Origin: Lama glama
Lineage: Eukaryota
Direction: 5' to 3'
Length of the DNA: 64,000 nt
Assembly (NCBI GenBank): GCA_028534125.1
Contig: CM052817.1
Location: 49,602,001-49,666,000 of the forward strand
Shown: positions 38,110 to 49,539 of the stretch, piece after piece
Layout: the number at the start of each line of letters is the position of its first letter
Position numbering within the stretch: position 1 is the stretch's first letter
Position numbers and translations under genes: made by a program
Notes under the pieces: model-generated
The model's input: only the letters and a program-made list of their open reading frames with translations
What the model was told of the DNA's origin: nothing
Databases searched by the model: none

Positions 38110-38890
38110 TACTCATTAATTCATTCATGTATTTATCTGTCAAACATGCACTGAGTGTTGCCTATGGAAGGCAATATGCTAAACACTGAGGATACAAAGA
38201 TGAATCAGACACACTCCCTGCTGTCACACAGCTCACAGTCCAGAGTGGGAACGACAACTGTAAACCAGTGTGATAATCGCTACAACAGAATCATGTGCAA
38301 GATGCAGGGGTGGCCCAAATAAAGAGGTGTTCAACTCTGAGGAAGGCAAGTCAAAGATAACTTTAGCTGTCATTGGAGAATAAGAGAATTGTCATTGAAG
38401 AAATTTGCCCAAGAAAAAAGTGTACTGTAGGAAGAGGGAAATGAATGTACAAAGTTGTAGAGGTGTCAACCAATCCAGCAGGGTTAGGAAAGAGTAGATA
38501 ATTTAGAAGATAAGATAATTAGCCTTGAAGGTAGGGGTGGGGTGAGGCCAATGAAGGGATAAAATTGTGGAATTCACACAGAGAGAGACATTGGGTTTGA
38601 AGCAGGAGTGTAATATACTCAGATTTGTACTTTAGAGCTACCATCCTGACTGCTTGTGTTGTGGGGAAACACGTAAGGGGAGGAAAGATAGAGCAGAACC
38701 ACATACAAGTGCCAGGGAGGGGACCACTGCAAAGGCCCAGGCACAAGTTTTGAAGGAGCCGATTTTCAACCATAGCAGTGGGACTGAAAGATGGGAGGTA
38801 GATTCAGTATTTAGGAGCTAAAATCTACTGAGCATTGTCACTAGAGGAGTCAGGGAGAGGGAGGCAATATTCCGTCTTCCCAGAGGATGT
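38110..38890 (-). mobile_element. L2 LINE remnant
   Basis: ttcattcatgtatttatc...cactgaggatacaaagatgaatcagacacactccctgctgtcacacagctcacagtccag. Confidence 0.75.
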
Positions 38891-39379
38891 AGTAATTTGG
38901 GGGCAAGATTTACTATGGAAGTAAACCTGTATGGACCTGCAGTTTCTGACTTCTGACTCTCAGTCCAGTGCTTTCTCTTTTCTTTTTTTTTTTTCTTTTG
39001 TCTCTTAAGACTGTGCCTCGGCAGTCTTCTTGGAATCAGGTCCCTTTAGGAAATCAGCTCTCTGGACATACAAAGTCCTTCAGTGATTCAGACTGGAAAA
39101 GCTGAGTAATAGAATGCTGACAGTATGGACTGTGGTGAAACATTCTGCCTGCCAGAGAGATGACTACCAAGTGAGGGTGTCAGAGTCACAGATGTTTACA
39201 CAGTGTGTCAAGTGCTCTCGCAATGGAATAATCACTTAAGACGTCAACAAATTGATAGCAATAGTGGACTAGATGCCATATTCGAGAATAAGGCAAATGT
39301 AGGATGGGTTTTCTGAAAAGTGAGGAATGCTGCCTTAAAAAACAGCACAGATAAACTCATTTGACAATAACCAAAAGGA

Positions 39380-39560
39380 ACATTATCAATAGTTTTTAAC
39401 ATGCCAGGCAGGGTGTGAAATGTATGACATCCATTATTTCACTTATTCTTTAAAACAACTCTGAAGCAGGTAATGCCACTATCCCATTTTACAGAGGTTT
39501 AGGAGAATCAAACAATTTTGGTAAGGTTGTTCAATTTTATAAGGATTAGAACCCAGTTTA
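39380..39560 (-). mobile_element. MIR remnant
   Basis: atgccaggcagggtg...aacaactctgaagcaggta...atcccattttacagagg. Confidence 0.65.
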
Positions 39561-39698
39561 GTCTTACCAACACAAATAACCATTTCACAAGCCTGTGAAT
39601 AAACCGAAATCCTTGTCTTTGCCTCAAGACTCTAGCTAAGATGAGAAGAAACACTTTTCTTAAGACTAATATTTACTTTTAAAATGTTTTCTATCCAG

Positions 39699-39763
39699 AT
39701 GTCTAGGATATTTCGACGTTCTGGAGACGGTCGGTTTATCAAGTCTCATGTTATCAAATTACG
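39699..39763 (+). CDS. TMPRSS11F: TMPRSS11F coding exon 4 (SEA domain)
   Basis: Acceptor ttttctatccag, donor gtatgt; 65 nt, MSRIFRRSGDGRFIKSHVIKL(R); phases fit exons 3 and 5. Confidence 0.95.
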
Positions 39764-40467
39764 GTATGTAAATTTGGTTTGCAACTTCAAGTCAGTACAG
39801 CAAAGACGTATTTGATCATCACAATTGCTCTGCATCCCTGAGCAAATCTCTGCAAGAACACAAAGGTTTCATAAATCCTCAGCAGCCCAGCTTATGCTGC
39901 CTAGCCACTTCCCACTCACGACAGAAGTGCTCTATGACAAGAGACAATGTCAGTTATTAGATTTTTAAAAAGGGTACTCTCCAAGAGAAAAAAATACAGG
40001 AAGAGGAGGGATGCTGCTGACACACTCTGCTCCTTAAACTCGGGGCTAAGTAGAACTTAGGTCAGTTATTTTTGATTGTCCTCACGTTAAGCCTGCCCAA
40101 GAATCAGACTATGACTTTTTCTGCAGTAAGGTTTTCCTTTAATGCTACTGCATTTTTATTATCAATTCTAATTCCTTCTCGTGTTTATGCTCTGATAAAG
40201 GGCAATATACATAAATTGAACATACACTTGTTGTCAGAGACTAAAATAAATTACTAGCATTCATCCTGAATATGCTGTTTATAGAATGTCGAAAAGGCTT
40301 GGCATTTATTGGAGTAATGTATCTTGTTTTCTATTTTGATGGAAGTTTTATAACTTTTTTGGATATCATTCAATATACAGATATACATATATCTATAATA
40401 TTTATTTGTCTGCTTTACTTCTTGATGGTAAAGTAAATATATACAGATATATGATTAAGGAGCCTGT

Positions 40468-40592
40468 GCCTTTTCTTTCCCTCTCTTCCTGCCTACTTTT
40501 GTTTCTTCCTTCTTTTCCTTCCTCCTACCCTTCTTCCCTCCCTCTCTTCCTTCCTCCCTTCTTTTATTCCTTCCTTCCTTCCTTCCTTCTCT
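40468..40592. repeat. CT-rich / degenerate (CTTC)n polypyrimidine tract
   Basis: cttccttcttttccttcctcctaccc...ttccttccttccttccttct. Confidence 0.85.
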
Positions 40593-40724
40593 TTATATAT
40601 TTCAAATTAAATTCATTCTCAAAAGGCAACTAGACCTACACATTACAGTGTGACTTTATATATCTGAACTTATCAAATGATTTCCCTTTACAACTGCTTT
40701 CTCCAATCATCCATGTATCAAACA

Positions 40725-41000
40725 CATATTAACTGACTACCAAACCCCAAAATACCAGTTGCTTGACACAATAAAAGTCGATTTTATTTCTGTGGTACAG
40801 TCCAAGGAGTTGGAAGTGACAGTGGGGGATGTGAGCGCTGGTTGGAGTTGTGGAAAGGAATTGCCCACTGGGTTTTCTGCATCCGGTTGGCAAATAAAGG
40901 AAGAGTACAGGTGTGGAGTTTGGCACAGAAGATCTTCAGGGGCAAGGCCAGAAAGTGGGGTACATCATTTATGCCCACATTCTGCTGTCCAGAATTCACT
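40725..41000 (-). mobile_element. Old MaLR LTR remnant (MLT1J/K-like)
   Basis: aaaccccaaaataccagttgcttgacacaataaaag...ggccagaaagtggggtacatcatttatgcccacattc. Confidence 0.5.
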
Positions 41001-41428
41001 AGAGAGTTTCAATAAACCTCATGGGAGGATAGGAAGTAAAATCTAGCTCTTGTTCAGGAGGCCAAGGCAACCAGGTTTGGTGAACACAAAGCTTGTCTCA
41101 GCTTTAGCACTACTGAAGAATAATGACCTTGGTTACAACATTGGCTCAGAATGCCTTAAAAAGCAAATTGTTTAAGTGCACGTAAAGCATGATTTCATGA
41201 ACAGCTCCTCCTCCCACAGCCTCCTCTGGACTATGAGCTAAGTAAGGGGAGAGAACAATTTTTTCTAGCTGTGAATCTTAGCCAATATTTCTAGAGATAA
41301 TTTAGAAATTTGATATATATATGCCATTCATTATGTTTCTTTAAATTTAGTGTGAATCTTAATATGTAAAAGTAGTTAATGGTTGGAAACTGGCTTTATT
41401 GTGATTACCTTTATTTTTTGCTCTTCAG

Positions 41429-41592
41429 ACCAGATGAAAATGGTGTGAATATTCTTATAGTGCTCATGTTTCGATACCCATCTACTGATAGTGCTGAGCG
41501 AATCAAGAAAAAAATTGAAAGGATTTTATATCAAAGTCTGAAGACAAAACAGTTGCCTTTGACTATAAACAAACCATCATTTACACTCACAT
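41429..41592 (+). CDS. TMPRSS11F: TMPRSS11F coding exon 5 (SEA domain end)
   Basis: Acceptor ttttttgctcttcag, donor gtaagt; 164 nt, PDENGVNILIVLMFRYPSTDSAERIKKKIERILYQSLKTKQLPLTINKPSFTLT (inside ORF 41379..41651). Confidence 0.97.
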
Positions 41593-43884
41593 GTAAGTCC
41601 TTTTACATCTTTGTGGCTCTCTCCCTTTGCAGTCCTCTTTATTTTTCATAAGAATTTAGGTCGATGTGTTCTTTCATTTCAAGAATTCACCCCTGATGTA
41701 CATGTATCAGTGTGGAATAAAACTAAATAAAAAATTCACATAAGGCAAAGTTTAGTTTTATAATTTTTTTTCATATTTGACTTGAGCATTGCTATGGTTT
41801 TAAAAATTTCCCCCATCTATTAATTATCATGTTGGATCTTTCCAAAGCATGAAAGGGTAGGTATTGTTTTTACCATTTTAAGGAAGCTAGACTCAAGGAA
41901 GATGTCAGACAAGGGACTAGCAAGCACTGGGGTCAGAACTAAAGCACAGGTACCCTGACTCCCAGGGTCTTCACAGGTCAGTTCTGGGGGTTAGTTTCTA
42001 TAGTATCAAAGAAACAGACGTCTTTATGAAGGTTGACCCCTGTTGGAAGAATCACTGACATGAACTATAAAGAGGTTTTCTAGATTATTTCCAATTTAAA
42101 ACAGGTTTTTTTTCCATCTCCTCATTGATTTCTCACAACATAAACTCAAGAAAGTTGTCATTTTATTTTCCCCTCAAAGTGGAAGAAAATGAAGTTTAAA
42201 AAGGTTATGAAACTAAAACTACCTCACAGCTAGTTGGAATCCAAACTGAGAGGCCTTTCTATTTTTCTGTGCCAACACACAATTAGAGAAAGTAAAATAA
42301 TGTGTTTCAAGTAAGATTTCAAGATTTCAAGGTCAGGGATTGTGTCTTTTTATTTTCTTACACCTCTCTCTAAACTCTAGCATGTGTCTCACAGGCAATA
42401 GGTGTTCCAGCTCTATTCACTGCTCCCAATTAAGTATTTCCAAGTGCAGTTACTTCTGACTTAATATCAAAAAATGAGGCTTGCCCTTTGGACCTAGAGT
42501 CTTTTCCCCTCCCAGCCGCCATGAATTTAAGAAACAGATTGTCTAAAGTTAATTTCTCTGTCATTAGAAATCAGGAATATCCTTTGAATACATTTTGAGA
42601 TAGAATCCCCACACAGAATAGTCTTCTTCAATGAAGGAATCAGAAATAGTGAAGAGTATGGTATCCACCTTTATTATTAATCAATTATATTCCAAAGGAA
42701 AATGTGATATTTTCCAGCACTCTATAAATGGTAATCTCAAACTAAATCTCGATCCTGAGAATATAAATGCCCCTAAGGCAATTACATAAGCTAAATATAA
42801 GCATGATTATGTGAGCTAAAGTAAAATATTCACTATAAAAAAGACGTTAAAATTGTAGAGTTCCTTATTTTATAATTGTTAAAAGTAATTTTTCAGCATT
42901 TTTAGTGATGTATACTGACTTTTTATTATAAAGGTTGTTTTAATATCAAAAAAACCTGTATTTTTTGACTCTCCCCAATAACTAAAATTCTACTGCATAT
43001 ATTTTCTTCTGTCACATACATAGCTCTCACTAAATATAGAGAAGTGAAATGTCCAGGAAACTTCTTATAGGATTTGGGGCTCATATCCTTCTCATGGGAA
43101 AGTCAGTATTCTTGAGAAAATCATTATATATTTTTCTACTTTCTTTCTAACAAATAAAACAAAGCAAACACCAAACCACCCAACATCCAATGAAACTGAG
43201 CTTAAACGAACACTAAGATATGTTTGAAGGGAAAAAGATGTCACACAGGGAGGCATAAAATGGAGGGAGAGACTGCGCTTGGCTGTATATGAGAGTCTCA
43301 AGCCTCCAGTGCCTGCTGCCTGAGCTACAGCCTTCTCGTATTCACCATGAGGAAGAGTCTTCCGTGAGAGAAGGCCATCGACCTGCAGTTACTGAATTCC
43401 CACCCTTTGTAGACAAGGGCCTGGAAATTGGGCTGGGAGGGGTCTGGGATGCCTTTAGCTCCCTACAGTTACCCTGTCAACAACGGCTGCCAGGCATATG
43501 CCTAGCGCACATAGGCCAGTACACCTGATACAGTGAACACGGATTATGACGGGAATTGGAGATTGCTTCCTTGAGTTATACTGGAGCTCCCAAAGAATGC
43601 AATCAGGGACATTTATCTTTATCATTCTTTCCTAATCCTAATTTCTTTCTCTGGTTTCTTAGCAAAAATCAGAAAATAAAATGCTCTCTTTTTATTTTAA
43701 AGTAAAATTATACATTTTGGACCAAATCAGAGAAGAGGGATATTTATATGTTACTTGGTTATGAAAAATACCTTGAAATGTGGATGCTATGGATAATAAG
43801 TATTTCTTATAGTAACCATTTGAACATCACATGAAAATAGGAACATATTCTTCTACCAGCTGATTTATGCTTTGTATATTCCAG

Positions 43885-43923
43885 CTATTGACAGCAAAAA
43901 GATGCGGAATCTTCTCAACAGCC
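43885..43923 (+). CDS. TMPRSS11F: TMPRSS11F coding exon 6 (39-nt linker exon)
   Basis: Acceptor tttgtatattccag, donor gtaagt; (S)IDSKKMRNLLNS(R). Confidence 0.93.
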
Positions 43924-44460
43924 GTAAGTCGCGAAGCTCACACTTAACTGACCATTTCACAGCAAGGAAAATGAATAAAAGCCACAGAAAGTTAGACGTA
44001 GAATTTACCAAGTTTTTTTGAGGAAGTATAATGGGTTTAACATTGTATAAGTTTCAAATGTACAACACTTACCAGCTGGCTGGCCTCCAGCAATTTATGT
44101 TCTGACTACAAGGCTGAGTTTTCCCATATGAAAAATGTTTTGATGTAAATGTATCTAAAACTCTTAGCAGAGGATCTATACATTTTTGATGCTCAATCAA
44201 TTCATCCATATATGCTTTATGTAGAGACAGAAGTTAATTCTTGGATTGGATGACTTTAAATATTAGTAAATATTTCTTCTGAATCTCAGTAGGAGAATTA
44301 GGACCCCTACAGCATAACCCCAGAGACTGAGCGCTTGGAATGGGTTAAAGAGTAGCAGGTGCAATGGATGGTCCAAGCATCTGTACCCAGTGCAAGACAG
44401 GATGTGCTTTTCTCCCTCCTCCTTTTCATGAAAATAACCTAACATATATTTCTGTGACAG

Positions 44461-44662
44461 GCTGTGGAATAAGGATGACCTCTTCATACATGCCATTACC
44501 AGCATCCTCTTCTACTGAAAGGATTGTCCAAGGAATGGAAACAGCTATGGAAGGGGAGTGGCCATGGCAGGCCAGCCTGCAGCTCAAAGGGGCGGGACAT
44601 CAGTGTGGAGCCAGCCTCATCAGTAACACTTGGCTGCTCACAGCAGCTCACTGCTTCCGCAA
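44461..44662 (+). CDS. TMPRSS11F: TMPRSS11F coding exon 7 (activation site R|IVQG, catalytic His)
   Basis: Acceptor tttctgtgacag, donor gtaagt; 202 nt, [66 protein letters not shown]; His codon CAC at 44649-44651. Confidence 0.98.
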
Positions 44663-47600
44663 GTAAGTTTACTAGAGCTGTTGTGTGTCTTCTTTTCTCA
44701 GCTGGTATTACCATCAAATTTAATGCTTGAGAAGCGTCCAATCTCACCAGCTTATCCTCTGCTCCATTCTGGATGGACTCTGTCCCCTAAATGCATTGTG
44801 GTTGCTCTATGCCCCCATCATCCCCTCACCCTTCTCTCAGTATCTATCATGTTTGGTTTGCATTAATCTTGTGCCTCTTAGCATATATTTTCTTGTAGCA
44901 TCACGATACTAATGTGATCTTTCCTACTATATCATAAATTATTTTAGTATAAAGACTGCCTATTACATATGTAACATGTTTAAACTCCTCTGTATATTCA
45001 AGGAGAAAATTCAGCCACTTCCATTCTGGTTTTTAAAAAAAAGTTAATCTCTCTATCCTCCAGCTATCAACATCCACCATCACTTTATAAATAAGAAAAA
45101 GAAATCAGAAGTATCACTCTTAAGGCTCTCCCTTCCAACTGCATTATCCAAGAACCAGGTGGGCTTATAACGGACCAGAGAGGTGTGTGGATGGTGGGAG
45201 AGACCTGCCGGCCTATCTCACTGCCCTCACAGAATGGAAAACTGGTCATATGCACAATGCAACAAATGATATCTGCTTGGGCTTTCACAGTTACTGCTCT
45301 TAAAACTCAGCTGCATCACTTCACATTCACAGACATGCACAAGCGTGCTATTGTCCCAGAAGATCAGGGATACACTATCTTTCCTCCTTGAGGTTTCACC
45401 AGCAAGATACAGAAAGTTTCTCCTTTTAAATCCAAAAAGACCAAAAGCCCTGAATAAAGCCCTGGCCAGTGGCACTGCTCACAAACCCTTTCAGAGGAAG
45501 CTATCCTTGGTGAGTCTAGGAGGCACTTGATCATCCTTGTAAGGGTAACACCCAAATGGTTCCAATATGCCTACACCTTTATTTGTGGAGTAGATGTGTA
45601 ATGAGAATGACCTAATGAATTTAAGGTGATTGTCATTCTCTCATCAAAGAAGAGAAAAGGAACTCAGTTATACCTATTTACAACCCTCCCAAATACCCAG
45701 CATCATGCATTAGGTGAACTCGAGTCTCACTAATTTTTCATGACTTTCTGATTTTTTTCATGTTCATATAGTCCACCAGTCTTCATACTTATTTTGGGGA
45801 GTGTCGTCTATTTTAGTTTATAACTCATATTAGCTCATATAAATTAAAAATAAATAAGCCTAGAATGTCAACACATTAGTATTTAGTGAAGATAAGCTAT
45901 AATGATTGAGATACATGTTTTGGCAGGTCCAGTGCAATCTCTGTGTGCTGGCAGACCTATATGGGGATTGGTCATTAAATCTGATAAAACAGAGATAACT
46001 TACGAACTTGATAAAAGAAATTGTGACATGATGGGGATGGGAATGAATTGAAGGGATAAAAGGAGAAGGACTGGATGCAGTGAGTTTAGATGCCACTTTC
46101 AAGGAGTTTTTTTAATGAATGGGAGGAGAGAAATTTGCCAGTTGTGGGCGGCTGTAAACTCAAAGGAAGAGTTTTTTTTTTTTTAATCTGAGAGATGTAA
46201 TAGCATATTTTATGCCAATAAAAATAATAATACTAATATAAAAGAGTTGGGAATAGTAATAATCCTGGAGAGAAAGGGTTCAATTTTGGGGGTGATATAA
46301 TTTCATGTAATTGTATAACGCAGTGTACTGCCGTGAAGGGAAAATACAGGTACTTTGAAACAATATTACAGTTATCCAGTGGTTTTAAAATGTTTGTGTT
46401 TTTTCCCCTACAGAAATAGTGTATTTTAAAAAATCATGTTTAAGACAAATCTTATACCTTTATGTCTATGAAAAGTTATTCTAGTCTTTATGGAACAAGT
46501 GTGGGGGGGTGAGGAATCATGAGACCAAGGCCATCTCTCTGACACTAACCAGCTGGATCCGTCACTTATCTGCGCAAGCCAGTTAACTTCTGAGTCAGTG
46601 TTCTTATCCACAAAGCATGCTGAACTAAACCTATTACTTGAGTCTTCATTTCTGGTTGAAAATACATAAAGCAACGGGTATTTCTGTTTTGTCTACTCGG
46701 TTACACTCCTTAAAGACGGAAGTCACATATGTCTTCATAGCTCCCAGAATTCTAGTATTCAAATAAGTACTTCAGCCCTAAGATTTCTATTTTAAATCAA
46801 ACCTTTCTTTAAAGTGTAAATAAGTAAAACAATTGAGGTTGGAGCCCTCCCCCACCACCTCCTGGTCCCTCCGCCCTGAGGCTCTGACTGCTCATCCCTG
46901 GGGCAGTGCAGAGTACTTTGAAAACCACTAATCTTTCAGGTTTTTCAATACACGTAAAAGTTTATGATTCACCAACATACTAATCCTACATGAACAAGGA
47001 AATTCTCTTTTTGAATTCCCTTCTGTGTGATTTCCTTCTACATAATTTTCCTCTACAAAGAGAATTTCAGGTTTCTATTTATTTCTAGGCATTCTTGATG
47101 GGGATGATTAGATAAAGAGGGAACTGGGCTTTGGAGAACAGGGGGGTAAAAAGATAATAAGAGTAAACAGACTTTGCTTGTGATGTAACTTTGTGGTAGA
47201 GAAAAGCATTTGTGTGAAGGGAGAACCTCAAAAACAGCAAAAGGGACTGACCAGGCCAGATTAAACGGCAGTGGGAGATTTAACAACATGACATTGAGTT
47301 AGGGCTGCTCAGTCCTTGAGTACTGGGGAAGGGCATGGGCATTTCGTGGAGAAACAATCCTGTGTGCACATGAGGGTTTGTGAACAGACAAGTTACACTT
47401 TGTCTCAAAGATCAAGGTAAGACTCAGTAAACAAGAGCCAAAGGTGAGTGATAAAATAAGAATGGATGGAGTGTCTGATATACAGGAAAAATGCCTCTTA
47501 GGGGCATAATATCCAAAACAAATCAAGATTAATTTCTACATATTTCATTGCAGTTACAGAAGAAATGAAATTTGAAGAGTTTCTAATAAATAAGGAATTA

Positions 47601-47905
47601 AAATACTACAAATTAATTGTATAGCATACATTACTATTATTATTGCAAATACAGCATGGAATTCCACTTAGTTACTGTAATCTTTTTAATTTTAGAGTAT
47701 GTAAAATATTTTAAGGGCTTTCATACTCTCTCTTGTATCATCAATATTTTTAACTTACTTTTTCCGTAAGGTCATCAATTGCAAATTCTCTCACCATAAG
47801 GATTTTTCAGGAGCATAATCCCAGTAGTTGGGGAGAATCTAGCATCAATTTTTTTTAAAGGAAACAGTTAAGCATCACAAATATGACCTTTTCATTTTTT
47901 TGCAG

Positions 47906-48165
47906 AAATAAAGAACCAAGTCAATGGATTGTTACTTTTGGTACAACTATAACACCACCTGCAGTGCAACGAAGTCTGGGGAAAATTATCATCCATGAAA
48001 ATTACCACAGAGAAACAAATGACAATGACATTGCTTTGGTTCAGCTTGCTACTCAAGTTGAGTTTTCAAATGCAGTTCAGAGAGTTTGCCTCCCAGATTC
48101 ATCTATAAAGTTGCCACCTAAAACAAGTGTATTTGTCACAGGATTTGGATCCATTGTAGATGATG
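47906..48165 (+). CDS. TMPRSS11F: TMPRSS11F coding exon 8 (catalytic Asp)
   Basis: Acceptor tttttttgcag, donor gtgagt; 260 nt, NKEPSQWIVTFG...HENYHRETNDNDIALVQL...VCLPDSS...VFVTGFGSIVDD; Asp codon of DIAL at 48027-48029. Confidence 0.98.
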
Positions 48166-49020
48166 GTGAGTTGTTCAACCTAATTTACATAGTACAAATT
48201 TATCTTGGAATCTAACAAGCTGTCTTGGAGAATATCTCTTTGGACTTCTCATAAAAATCATGTTGATGCTTCTAATGTGTACGGATCTGAGGAGGACAGT
48301 AGATTAAAAAGTAAAAGGAATCAGATCCTTACCCTAGACCAGTACACAAGTAATTGGAGCAGTGGTGAGAAAGAGGAGAGGCTCACAATAAAAAAGAAGA
48401 GAACAGACTGTTTCAGGTACTATAAGAAGGAATAAAATGCTGCAGGAGTACAAGGGAGTAAATGATTACAAATTGTATATTTGCCCAATGTAAATACACC
48501 TGGTTAGCATATGCTTCATATACTTTTTTTTGGTCTAAGTTCTTCCTAATTTTAATGAGGATGTATGATGATCACAAACAGGAAAGTGTTTTGTGAATGT
48601 TTTGGGACTCAGTTGTGAAGTATTCTGTCTTCCTAATCCCCACCTTGCCCTCTGCTGGTGTCATACTGTTGCTGTATCTTGGGCATTTGTTTTATTTCCC
48701 ATGCTTCGAGATACCCCAAAATAACACACTACAGCACAGAGCAGGACAAATAGACCTGTGCAGCTCGTATCCTGGTTTCCACCTGAATAGCATTTGGAAA
48801 ATTGATGACCTTCTCTGAGCCTCAATTTCTTTGTACGGAAGAATGTGAAGTTGGACAAGATCAGCATGATGAACCCTCTCCTCATGAAAAAAAAAGGCAT
48901 CCACACACACAAAATACTGCATGTAGTTTTGAAGGTTCCAATAGCTTTTAAAGATCCACAAATATAATACTGGCTTAGATACAGTTATATTTGAAGAACG
49001 TTTGTTTGTTTGTGTAATAG

Positions 49021-49163
49021 GACCTACACAAAATAGACTTCGGCAAGCCAGGGTGGAAACCATAAGCACAGCTGTGTGCAACAGAAAGGATGTGTATGAT
49101 GGCCTGATAACCTCAGGAATGTTATGTGCAGGGTTCATGGATGGAAAAGTAGATGCATGTAAG
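49021..49163 (+). CDS. TMPRSS11F: TMPRSS11F coding exon 9 (protease domain, S1-pocket Asp)
   Basis: Acceptor tttgtgtaatag, donor gtaagt; 143 nt, (G)PTQNRLRQARVETISTAVCNRKDVYDGLITSGMLCAGFMDGKVDACK; Asp in DACK indicates trypsin-like specificity. Confidence 0.98.
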
Positions 49164-49289
49164 GTAAGTCCAAAGTCAAAGTCAAAATTCTAAAAGGAAA
49201 GTTTCCATTAACTATTTCTAACTTTGGCATATATTTTACCTGGGAGAAAAAAAAATGGCATCTGTTTTACCAAAGACTCAGTTTACTTA

Positions 49290-49440
49290 AATAAACATAA
49301 TCACAAAATTATTGTATTGAGTGTTCACTATGCCAAGACAATGCTAAGCACTTTCTATACATTATTTCATTTAATGTAATGAGACTGAAGCAGTACCATA
49401 ATTATCCCTATTTCACAACTTGGGAAATTAAAGTCCTATG
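49290..49440 (-). mobile_element. MIR remnant
   Basis: gtattgagtgttcactatgccaagacaatgctaagcactttctatacattatttcatttaat. Confidence 0.7.
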
Positions 49441-49539
49441 CTCCCTATTTCTTGTTCAGGCAATCACTCTTATGCTCTATTGTTATTTTCTTAAACACAA
49501 TTGTAATCAAAAGACAGAGAACCTCTCCTCTGAAAATCA

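Noticed and set aside
44520..44537. Non-canonical activation motif R|IVQG instead of IVGG
   Set aside because: As I recall this is the normal TMPRSS11F sequence; the catalytic triad and S1 Asp are intact, so it does not indicate pseudogenisation.
45085..45555. Cluster of five overlapping 60-80 aa ORFs
   Set aside because: Locally higher GC lowers stop density; no domain-like content or consistent splice structure.
48661..49138. 148-aa and 83-aa antisense ORFs overlapping exon 9, and similar ones over exons 2, 7 and 10
   Set aside because: Reverse-frame shadows of real exons or intron; no recognisable protein features.
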